Below, piece by piece: positions 1 to 9,904 of a stretch of DNA of 64,000 bases. A program made the translations under genes and the position numbers. Location of the stretch: positions 434,001 to 498,000 of the forward strand of contig JBDOQK010000005.1 in assembly GCA_040437565.1 (NCBI GenBank), in the 5' to 3' direction. The DNA is from Albugo candida. Lineage: Eukaryota. Within the stretch, counting starts at the first letter, position 1, and each line of letters opens with the position of its first letter. The notes beneath the pieces are model-generated. The model made no database searches, was not told where the DNA came from, and saw only the letters and a list, made by a program, of their open reading frames with translations.

Positions 1-98
1 ATACATTTTTTCGATAGAAATTGTGAGATTTTGATATCACGTTAACGCACTTTCATTTGTAATTTGTATTCACATTTCTAACACCAGTAACACTGGAC

Positions 99-1238
99 AT
101 GCTGCGGATTTTCACGCTCAATGTTTACTTCGACAGCGTCGCTATGACCTTACGCATGCGAGCAATTGGAAAGTGTGTTGAGAGACTTCGACCTGGCGTA
201 ATTGGATTCCAAGAAGTTACAAGCGAATCGTTGGCGATGTTGAAGAAACAACCATGGAGTTGCTATTATGATTGCAGTGCAGATTGCATCGCACCTTTCG
301 ATAAACCATATTTTGTAGTACTATTTACTGCTCTTCCTATGCTTTCAATTGAGACGTATCCTTTCAAAGAAACAAAAATGGGAAGAGAATTGATTTGCAT
401 GCATCTTCGGGTTTCTGAGACTCAAACACTTTTTGTCGGGACAACGCACTTGGAAAGTCTCAAACAGAATGGAAGCATTCGCGTAAAACAGCTACAAGAA
501 TGTTTTACAATTCTCGAGCGTCATGTGGAAAATCAGACAGCTGCAAAGCAGAAGATCCGATCGTTGACAGATTTCAAGCAGTCTCAATCTCGCTCTAACT
601 GTTTAGGGGCAGTCCTGATGGGCGATTTTAATCTCTTTCCTGAGGATACCAGGTATCTGGATCCAATGGGACATTCCCCGTTAGTACTCGAGCCTGCACG
701 ATCTAATAGAGCGCTTTGTCGCGTTTGCAATACCAAAATCGACAAAAATGAGCTACGCGTTGGAAAATCACAGGAAGAAGCGAGGGATAAAAGGGAAATG
801 ATGCATTGGTACCATCCTCATTGTTTTCAGAAGCAAGCTACCAAGACGGAGAAAATCAAAGTTGAGCAATTGCTTCAAAATTTCGTCCCCATTCAGGTGG
901 AGAGCAAGGAGACAGGAAAAAAGCGATCGATTGATTCCTTGGATCGTGAAATGATTGGTATTCCGACGGGATGGATTGATTGCTGGCTATGCGGAAAAAA
1001 TGGAACGGAGAAGAATGGATTCACTTTTGATGGCCGCGTTAATAAATTGATACCCAATCCTTCCTATCAAAGTCGTTTCGATCGGATTTACTTTTATAAA
1101 GGAGCAAGATATGGTGATGGAGCTGATATGATTGAACGTGTTGATATAATCGGAAAAGAACCTATCGCGGAAAAAACGTGGATGTCTGATCATTTTGGAC
1201 TGCTTTCTACTTTTCGATTTAGTTTGGACGATGATTAG
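99..1238 (+). CDS. TDP2: TDP2-like endonuclease/exonuclease/phosphatase (5'-tyrosyl-DNA phosphodiesterase family) with an internal PARP-type zinc finger
   Basis: Intronless 379-aa ORF carrying the EEP/TDP2 motifs FTLNV, GFQEV, MGREL, TTHLES, MGDFN, TFD, RFDRI and SDH. EPARSNRALCRVC...WYHPHC (zf-PARP pattern) lies at ~684-827. Confidence 0.85.
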   Translation: MLRIFTLNVYFDSVAMTLRMRAIGKCVERLRPGVIGFQEVTSESLAMLKKQPWSCYYDCSADCIAPFDKPYFVVLFTALPMLSIETYPFKETKMGRELICMHLRVSETQTLFVGTTHLESLKQNGSIRVKQLQECFTILERHVENQTAAKQKIRSLTDFKQSQSRSNCLGAVLMGDFNLFPEDTRYLDPMGHSPLVLEPARSNRALCRVCNTKIDKNELRVGKSQEEARDKREMMHWYHPHCFQKQATKTEKIKVEQLLQNFVPIQVESKETGKKRSIDSLDREMIGIPTGWIDCWLCGKNGTEKNGFTFDGRVNKLIPNPSYQSRFDRIYFYKGARYGDGADMIERVDIIGKEPIAEKTWMSDHFGLLSTFRFSLDDD

Positions 1239-1380
1239 GCTCATACAAGAGGCGACAGAGTGCACGTTCGAAAAGTGCAGAGTTACCACCGTATCACCGT
1301 TTCATTCTGTTGGGCGGGAAGGTTCAGCACCGGTAAATTACGGTACTTGTCGGCAATTGACACAATAGCCGTCCGCACCG

Positions 1381-2292
1381 ATGAGATCGCTGTGTTGCTT
1401 TCGGCGACATCAACGGGACTCTACGGGGAAGCGGTACCGTGAGCAATTGAATAAAGTAAAAGAAGTTTTTCCAGGAACATCCTACGTGTGCTTACTGGAT
1501 GGAGAAAATGGAAATGTCATGTAAGTGGCTCTCAATAATAGATCGAGGAAACGAAATCGCTAACGTCACTTGNNNNNNNNNNNNNNNNNNNNNNNNNNNN
1601 NNNNNNNNNNNNNNNNNNNNNNNNNNNNNNNNNNNNNNNNNNNNNNNNNNNNNNNNNNNNNNNNNNNNNNNNGTTGCTTTCGGCGACATCAACGGGACTC
1701 TACGGGGAAGCGGTACCGTGAGCAATTGAATAAAGTAAAAGAAGTTTTTCCAGGAACATCTTACGTGTGCTTACTGGATGGAGAAAATGGAAATGTCATG
1801 TAAGTGGCTCTCAATAATAGATCGAGGAAACGAAATCGCTAACGTCACTTGATTTAGTGCTCACTCAGAGGAAAATAATCCAAACACAGAAGAATTTGCG
1901 CGATTTGTGCGTATGTTACGCAAAGCAGCGATGCAATTCGGTGCGTGCTAGTGCTTTGCGTTTCCCATCGTCGTTTTGTTCCCGAGCAAATATCGTGCTG
2001 ATCGCAGCTGAGACATTGAACCAAATGGATTCTCAAATTTTGCATATAAAAGGAGATGATACAATGTTTTCGTGTTATGGACTCGAACGAACGGTACCAC
2101 GATAATTGAATGCGCAATAACACCATTTTGCTCATATTGCTGTGGAAGGTGCTTGCATTTTATAGTCAATTACCAGACGTCGAAATGGAACTTTTCGATT
2201 ATACTGAAGCAGACAAGAACTTGGAAACCATTAACCTTGAGCTCGATAAGCTTGTGAAGGATGCCAAAACTTCCACTCGTCGACGGAGGTAA
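1381..2292 (+). CDS. Small multi-exon protein (~150 aa), probable Roadblock/LAMTOR/profilin-like fold
   Basis: Manual splicing, after removing the gap-flanking duplicate, gives MRSLCCFRR...VCLLDGENGNVI|AHSEENNPNTEEFARFVRMLRKAAMQF|AETLNQMDSQILHIKGDDTMFSCYGLERT|VLAFYSQLPD...TRRRR*. The GT-AG introns keep frame. The fold call rests on pattern only. Confidence 0.6.
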
Positions 2293-2485
2293 TTTATGAT
2301 GTCACAACAATACGGACAGTGACACATACACAACGCAAATTTATATCAAAGAAATATAATTCATAGAACTATCTTGCCCCAGGCCAAAAGTATTCGTTAA
2401 TTGATCATTCGGTAGGAACAATTGCCCGAAGAAGATCAGATTCATTGAAATAATACAGAAATCATTCACATACTTCATACTTACG

Positions 2486-3646
2486 TCATCGCTTCTCAAA
2501 CTCATCTGTTTGTCGGCCAGAGTGACCGCTTACAGCATCATTTAGATCAGCCAAAAGCTGAGGTATATCAACGGATTGCAAGATATGATCTGTGATCACA
2601 GATATTTGGTTTTGCTCTTGTTTGGTCAGCTTGAATCCGTCCGAGTTTAAAAAACATGTCGTTTCCGAGCTTTCTTGCACAAAAGTCTCAAGATTCATTT
2701 CTGACATAAGTCCATATACTTTTTTCTTGCCGTGAAATCGATTAAAGTATGCTGTAAGACTGGGTCGACAATTTTCTAAGCTATAGTACCCTTCCGTGGG
2801 AAATCGATTGAAGATTGCGCCAAGTACGCGCACGTTGTGGCTCTCAAAATAGCTTGCGTCCAAATTGAATGAGTCAATGGCATCTCCTACACCCTTGTTT
2901 TCCACCAAAAGAACTGGAGCATCCAAGAACCTTGCAATCACCGCATTGGAAATATCACAAATGGAGCCTACTGATGGATACCCCACACCATCGATGATCA
3001 AAAATCGCTTCCCCTTACCAATTGCATCTACTTCTTTCTTTACTTTCTCGAGTAGCTGATCGCTTGTCTCCGTACTCCCTTGCAGAAATTCCCTTGTAAA
3101 TCCTTTGTAGAAAAGGATAGGACCAACGTCACAGCAAGTAATTCCGGTTTGATGACAAAACTTCGTGACTAGCTGTACTTTTTCACATTGTGTTGCTGGT
3201 TTTATGTACCCTATACTTTGAGAATCAAATCCCATTCGCAGCAAGCTGGCCATAATACCCAAACAAGTTGTGGATTTGCCAACTTTTGATCGACTTCCGC
3301 TCACAAATACTTTCATAGGATCTTTCCCGTATTGTATAGCCGGTGGATTATGTCTGAGTTCTCTTGATGTTTGTAGTGATCCTCCAAGTCCTTTGATTAA
3401 GACCTGAATACTATGTAGTCCTTTAGCACTCAGGTGAATGGTAACTGGATCCGTCTTTTCGACGAGAAGCTCTGGTAATGGCAGAGATGATAAGCTACTT
3501 CTCTTTTCAGTATCAGATTGAATGTCACTCTTTCGTACACACATTTGGAAACCGCATTTGATGCTGAAATCCCTCACTAATTTGTGCAGCAAGTTAGCGT
3601 CAGAAGATTTTTCACTTGGATCAAGAATCAATGTGACTGTGTTCAT
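2486..3646 (-). CDS. BioD/phosphotransacetylase N-terminal-like (AAA_26) P-loop NTPase with an N-terminal extension
   Basis: Intronless ORF with VFVSGSRSKVGKST (P-loop), GYIKP, IIDGVGYPSVGS, SNAVIA and GAIFNR. First ATG at 3646. Confidence 0.8.
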   Translation of the reverse strand: MNTVTLILDPSEKSSDANLLHKLVRDFSIKCGFQMCVRKSDIQSDTEKRSSLSSLPLPELLVEKTDPVTIHLSAKGLHSIQVLIKGLGGSLQTSRELRHNPPAIQYGKDPMKVFVSGSRSKVGKSTTCLGIMASLLRMGFDSQSIGYIKPATQCEKVQLVTKFCHQTGITCCDVGPILFYKGFTREFLQGSTETSDQLLEKVKKEVDAIGKGKRFLIIDGVGYPSVGSICDISNAVIARFLDAPVLLVENKGVGDAIDSFNLDASYFESHNVRVLGAIFNRFPTEGYYSLENCRPSLTAYFNRFHGKKKVYGLMSEMNLETFVQESSETTCFLNSDGFKLTKQEQNQISVITDHILQSVDIPQLLADLNDAVSGHSGRQTDEFEKR

Positions 3647-3745
3647 GATCGCGATTATTATAACCAATCAATAGGGAGAAATACTATTTTCTCCAATAAG
3701 ACACCGGTGATATCTTCGATCAAAAAATCGACTTTTGCTCAGAAA

Positions 3746-5836
3746 TTAGTGCAAGCTAGCTTTCAAAATGCGCTTACTAGGGCGGTCGAATAAAGAAGGG
3801 GCATCACGACCTTGATAAAATGCGCTGAGCTTTTGAGCTTCTTCCACGACACTTGCAGCGTTAAATCCGAATCGATCTTTAAGTTGTGCAATTGTGGCTG
3901 AAGCGCCAAAGCGATCAAGCCCGAATTGTGCATGTGAATACTCGCTCCATCCAAAAGTGGCACTTGCTTCGATGCTCATAATCGGCGTACTCTCTCCAAG
4001 TACTTTCTTTTTGTACTCGAGTGTTTGCTCAATAAACGTATCAAGACATGGCATGGAAACGATACGGACCTTAAGGCCTTTTAATAAAGATGCTGCTTCA
4101 ACAGCAAGTGCCACTTCTGAACCAGAAGCTACCAATACAATATCCAGCTTGTCAGTAAATTTTGGCACCATCGTCCCATTTGCAAACTCTTGCAAAACAT
4201 AACCACCTTTAGCGACACTTTCGGCATTTGAACCAACAAGTTGGGGCAATCCCTGACGAGTGAGAGCCAATACACTTGGTTGCGTCGAGTTTTCAAGAGC
4301 ACATATATACGCTCCTACTGTCTCATTTCCATCAGCCGGACGATACACGTGCATGTTTGGCATTGCACGTAAAGAAGCGTTCATCTCAATCGGCTGATGA
4401 GTTGGACCATCTTCACCCAAAAAAATACTGTCGTGAGTTGCAATGTACATGACACCAAACTGAGACAACGCACTCAACCGAACAGCACCAAGTGCGTAGC
4501 CTATGAAGTTGTAAAATGTAGCGCAGAATGGTCGAAGCCCACCATGCGCAAATATTCCATTGCTTATTGACGCCATTCCGTGCTCACGGACACCAAAACG
4601 AATATAGCGGCCAATGGGAGTGTCTTTCTGGAAGTCACCTGACATTGCCAATTTGGTCAAGTTGCTCGGGGTGAGGTCTGCAGAGCCTCCCATCAACTCT
4701 GGTAATGCAGTCGCGCACGCATTCAGCACAACTTCAGATACTTGGCGAGTTGCCATTGCTTTATCCTCTGGAGTGAATGAGGGAAGATTTTTCTTCCAGT
4801 CCACCGGCAGCTTTCTTTCAAATCGACGAAGGTACTCACGAGCTAGTTCAGGATACTTGAGTTTGTACTGATTGAATAAATCGTTCCACTTATTTTCAAG
4901 CTCTTCCCCTTCAACAGACTTGTCATAGTAAGTCTTAACTTGATCAGGGACGAAGAATGACTCGTCTCGGTTCAGACCAAATCTTTCCTTGGCTTGTGCA
5001 GAATCCTCAGCTTTAAGCGGTGCTCCATGTACGCCATGAGTATTTTCGTTTAATGATCCATACCCAATTGTCGTTCGAACTTTGATCAGGGAAGGCTTTT
5101 TCGTAACCTTCTTTGCTTCTGCAATAGCTTTATTGATCGCCTCATGATCAGTGTTCCCATCGTCAACAACTTGTACGTGCCAACCGTATGCTTCATATCT
5201 TTTACCGACATCTTCCGTAAACGATAAATCTGTGTGTCCATCAATAGTGATTTTGTTGTCATCATACAAAACAATCAATTTCCCAAGACCAAGATGTCCA
5301 GCTAAAGAGCTTGCCTCTGATGAGACGCCTTCTTGTAAACAACCATCTCCGGTAATCACATACGTGAAATGGTCCACGATCTGGAGACCATCACGATTAA
5401 ATTCTGCTGCCAAATGTTTCTCAGCCAAAGCCAATCCAACCGCGTTCGAGATCCCTTGTCCTAAAGGACCCGTAGATACCTCCACACCAGGAGTACAAAA
5501 GTTTTCCGGGTGTCCCGGACACTTGGACCCAAACTGGCGAAATGCTTTCAAATCTTCCATAGACACATCGTATCCCGTCAGATACAACATACTGTACTGC
5601 AAAGCACAAGCATGTCCGTTCGATAAAACAAAGCGATCCCGATTACTCCATTTCGGGTTTTTCGGATTAAATTTCATTGTTTTTCCGAATAAAACATGAG
5701 CCATCGGTGCACAACCCATTGGTGCACCAGGATGACCAGATTTTCCAGCGCTTGGCTGATCGGCTGAAAGCATGCGAACAGTGTTTATACAGAGATCTTC
5801 ACCGGTTCTAGCTTTCTTGTCAACGTGTTCAACCAT
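3746..5836 (-). CDS. TKT: Transketolase
   Basis: [41 protein letters not shown] and [16 protein letters not shown]. First ATG at 5836. Confidence 0.98.
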   Translation of the reverse strand: MVEHVDKKARTGEDLCINTVRMLSADQPSAGKSGHPGAPMGCAPMAHVLFGKTMKFNPKNPKWSNRDRFVLSNGHACALQYSMLYLTGYDVSMEDLKAFRQFGSKCPGHPENFCTPGVEVSTGPLGQGISNAVGLALAEKHLAAEFNRDGLQIVDHFTYVITGDGCLQEGVSSEASSLAGHLGLGKLIVLYDDNKITIDGHTDLSFTEDVGKRYEAYGWHVQVVDDGNTDHEAINKAIAEAKKVTKKPSLIKVRTTIGYGSLNENTHGVHGAPLKAEDSAQAKERFGLNRDESFFVPDQVKTYYDKSVEGEELENKWNDLFNQYKLKYPELAREYLRRFERKLPVDWKKNLPSFTPEDKAMATRQVSEVVLNACATALPELMGGSADLTPSNLTKLAMSGDFQKDTPIGRYIRFGVREHGMASISNGIFAHGGLRPFCATFYNFIGYALGAVRLSALSQFGVMYIATHDSIFLGEDGPTHQPIEMNASLRAMPNMHVYRPADGNETVGAYICALENSTQPSVLALTRQGLPQLVGSNAESVAKGGYVLQEFANGTMVPKFTDKLDIVLVASGSEVALAVEAASLLKGLKVRIVSMPCLDTFIEQTLEYKKKVLGESTPIMSIEASATFGWSEYSHAQFGLDRFGASATIAQLKDRFGFNAASVVEEAQKLSAFYQGRDAPSLFDRPSKRILKASLH

Positions 5837-5944
5837 TTCCAAATGTAGTGTTCCGAATGCTTTGCTGCTTTAGGTGCTTCTTTTTTTGTGGCGAATCTGA
5901 CTCCCTTGGAATATAATTTGGCATGATTCCGACTACTCTTTTCT

Positions 5945-5953
5945 AGCCAATCA
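5945..5953. promoter_or_regulatory. CCAAT box upstream of transketolase
   Basis: AGCCAATCA about 110 bp upstream of the ATG. Similar CCAAT elements lie upstream of other genes at 3662, 8825, 32696 and 36175. Confidence 0.45.
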
Positions 5954-6220
5954 AAAATGATCTTCTATTTTATCAAAACCTCGAAGGTTTTTTACGCTTG
6001 CGCGCAGAAGAATCTTCAACTAAAGGCAGCAGCAACTACGCACTTGGATTTCTTCGGCAAAATGACGAATAATTCGTCAATAGATCTGGTTCATTCCGTT
6101 GAATCTCTTCATTACCTTGTAGATGGGACAGTTATGGACTCGGTAAATAGTCACTTGTGCAACTTTCGTACATCCGTGCTAGTTAAAAGTGTATATTCAA
6201 AACCCGGATATTAGATAAAC

Positions 6221-8679
6221 TCAAACTTCAGCCACGCCTGGATCGTCGCTTTTCATGTGTGCTGTATTGATGCCCGTTTCTTCGATTCCTTCAGATCTTG
6301 ATGAATTGCTCTCGATTCTCCGTCTTTTGACAATTTCTGCTGCAAAAAGAGTGTCCCCACCTGCTACTTTGCCATTGGCGCTTAAAGCATTCGTTTCCAT
6401 ACTATCGAGCAAATCTTCCTCGTCTACGCCAGCAAATCCATCAGTGTCAGTAAGGCTTTGTCACATGTAGTTTACTCACAAGCAAGAGAGGATGTTGTGT
6501 CGAGGAATGAAGGTTCTTCGCTGTCACCTACCTGACCGCCTGCTGTGGCCAAATCATTCGAGCTTGGCATTTTTCCTCCCAGTCCAGCAAAAGCCCCAGT
6601 GACGTCGCGACATGAGCCGGCTTCCTCGGTCATTCGCTTGCATGTTCTCTTGTTGTGACCCTTGATTCCACATACGCTACATGCAAGCTTTTCCTGCTTG
6701 TTGTCTGCAAACTGTTGTATTTGTTGAATTTTCCGTGGGCGACCCCGAGCTTTTGGTTGCGTCTGGGGAACTGTCACATTGTCGCAAGGCACAGTATCCA
6801 CATCGATGGGAGTGATGCGGCCAGAGTACAACGCTTTCAAGGAGCTCATTAGGAAAATCTTAGGGATGAAGTCTGTTTGAAGCATTCCCGCGTATGATAT
6901 GGCCAAAAACACATGAAGACATGGAAAGCGAGACACGCAATACTCTCCACATGTGCATGTCTGTTTGGTAAAATCCACGATTCTCTGCTTCCCAGTGTGT
7001 TGATCAACTACCTCAAATCCGTTTTCCGATATTCGAAGAATTTCATGATGGTCACTTTCTGCTTCATATTGCATCAGTAACGTCTGGAAGTCTTCTGGAT
7101 ACTCTGAGCTCATTTTGGAATAACGGTCGTAGCGTTGATATAACAAGCTTGCCACTTTGGAGACCCAGCCGACCAAGATCATCAGCGGCGATTTTGCACA
7201 AAGTGCTTCGAGCCACTGAAACGAAGAGGAAGCCTCCTGTGGTATAAATGTTTCAATGTTTTCTGATTGCACGCAGCTCGGGAAAACTTGACTGGCAGCA
7301 TGTTGCAAAACTGTACCACGATTGTGAACGAGTGAGGTTACGGATGTTTCCAACTCGGGTATAGCTTTTCGAAGCTGCTGTAAGAAGAAAAGCCAGTGTT
7401 CTTCAGATTCCGCAGGTACGATTCCTATTGCAAGTGGAACAAAGTCGCCCATCGCATCTTGTGCAGTGGCTGTCAGGACGGCTCCTCCATACGTGGATGT
7501 CACCAACAACACTGTGAGAAGCAGTGAAGATCGACAATACCGAACGGCACTATGAAGAGCACCAGGACACAAAAAAGCACGTGCAAACGTTTCAGTAGTG
7601 CACCCTTCGTACTGCCCTTTGGCTACGTGATGATTTTGACCGGATGTATATGGAAACGCTACCGACGCATGTTCGAAAGCAATTGTCGTCCCCTCGTTGG
7701 TTCTTTCTAGCCTTTCCAGATACCCACGAATCTTCATGAATGAGGCACTTTCTTCTTTCATTTTCTGCTGACGAAAAGCGCTAAGTGCTCGCCACGCCGT
7801 CATGTAGGAAGCTGATACTCCAAACTGCTCTCTCATCAAATCCGCCATGTGCTTTGGTTTCAATTCATTCCCATCTTGCTGCTGTAACATTTTCTTCATG
7901 TATGGCTTTGCTGTCTCCATCAGTGCTGCTGCAGTAATGTATGGGGACCCACTTGACATCGAATTGGGTGAAGACGATGATGGATCTAATTCGCCTCTTT
8001 TTATTGCAGGACAATTGGGTTCGTGCATTATATTAGCTCGTGTGACGTATACTCTACCATTGGTATGGCGGTTGGCTGAAACCACATATTCACATGGCGT
8101 TGGGATCTGTTTACGAGTCTTCCAAGTGACGCAGCGTGCTTCTAGTCGCTGTGGACTGCTGTGTTGCATGTAGTATGGTGCATTCATACGCACCGAGATA
8201 ACTTTCAGCTCTCGTCTCAATTCATCCATGTCATTGTAACTTTCACGAAACAATGAGAATCGAGATGAAGGAGAGCCGCTGGATTGATCGATAGATGCTG
8301 CTTTGAAAGAATGATCGAACGTCGCGTGTAAGGGCACCGATACAATTGACGTCTCTTTTGGTGGTGGGTTCACATGTATTGTGTCTGGAATGGTTGTGCC
8401 GGTCTTTGTCTGACCTTTTGACCGATGGACATCGGAATCGGCTATCTCGTTCCAGAATTTAGCGTTTTCTGTTTTCGAGCTCCTATGCTTATCTGCCTTT
8501 GCTCTAAGCACTCTGTCTGCAACGGGTGCATACGTATCTTTGACCGATTTTGTTCGATATTTTCCGGCCGGGCTGTTTGTTCCCTCAGTTGACGTATCAG
8601 TGTCTTCTTTATGAATTTCGGTGTTTAGATTTGAGATAGCACTTTCATTTTGGTTCAAAGTTTCACGATGTCGAACCAT
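6221..8679 (-). CDS. MULE/Mutator transposase-derived protein with SWIM zinc finger, AT-hook and zinc knuckle; probably domesticated
   Basis: MULE-like core (TATAQDAMGDFVPLAIGIVPAESEEHWLFFL), SWIM CTC...FPCLH, RGRPRK and CSVCGIKGHNKRTC. A GT-AG intron at ~6424-6479 joins a last exon ending at 6221. Confidence 0.8.
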
Positions 8680-8824
8680 TTTCGCAATTGTTGATTCACT
8701 TTTCTAAATTCCGGATCTCGTCAGGTTACTTACGCAATTTTTTTCTTGGATTTTAATGGACGAGTAGCCAGCGGAAAGGCGTACTATGAACAGCTAAATA
8801 AAAGATCTTCAGAGGACGATGCAC

Positions 8825-8833
8825 TGATTGGCT
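8825..8833. promoter_or_regulatory. CCAAT box upstream of the MULE-derived gene
   Basis: TGATTGGCT (AGCCAATCA on the minus strand) about 145 bp upstream of ATG 8679. Confidence 0.45.
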
Positions 8834-9904
8834 AAAATATACGCAATGGTTGCAAAACAACGCAACTAAATTGTTGATAGCGTAGCTGTTCTATACAGTC
8901 ATTATTGAATAAAGTATCAAATTCGATTAGATAATGCCCGTAGTTCCTCTACGAAGTTTATATACAAAAAGAAGATTTATCCAAAGTTGAAGCAAGCACA
9001 TTTTTTCTTTTTTTCTGCTCAAAATGTTAGATCAAGCCGGTCTGACCTTGATGTATACTTCATGAAATAGAACGCACTGAAGCGAAATTCAGATAATAAT
9101 ACTTTTTGAAAGCTGTAAGAATCACTTCGATCGTACCATGGACCGCATTTCGATCAACTCATATACGTGCATCGAAATTATAACGGTCACATTCATTTAA
9201 CTCCGATTTCATCTCCATACTTTATGTACGGCCATTTGAGGGTTGACGTGTATTGCAGCAAATCGAACCCTTGTTATTTGAGCCATAAGCGCACATGTTT
9301 TTCTTGCTTCTGCACTGCTGGGAAACATGGTGTTTGAGCCATCCTATATCGTTCGTCGCCCCATAAGCATACTCACTGGATGATAGTGACGATCGCCATA
9401 TGGTGCAGACATGTTGAGGCTATGCTAAACATGCGAAAAAAAGCAAATGGAAAAATCTTCGGATTGGCAAGAGTATCGTTGCTTGTTTGATCCGATTGAG
9501 CTGTACCAATTCGTAAGCGCGCGGTGAATGATCCATTCGTATATCTTCGTGCATCAGGACCATGCAAGACATGAACCAACCATGTGCAATCTACTAGTGC
9601 GCCATATTGTGACTCAAACCAAGTCTTATGACCAATTGGAAGCTTCTTGATCACAGCCCGAGCTGCATTACCCTAATGCCAGCATCTAAAACCCGCATTG
9701 AACTCGCGTGAGATTCCGAATTCGCCAAAAGACTTTGTATTGGATGTAGGGTACTTTTGATACGCAGAACGAGCACTCCTGGCACATGGGTGGCTATCTC
9801 TAGACTCATTAGGAACCCTTGCTTTCAGAATGGATGTGCTCAGTAAACAAATTCATGCATTCGATTCCTGACCGTACGTTGATCCAGTTCAAGCATGACT
9901 TTGC

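Noticed and set aside
6221..8900. Active autonomous Mutator element
   Set aside because: I found no TIRs or TSD, and the catalytic residues appear substituted.
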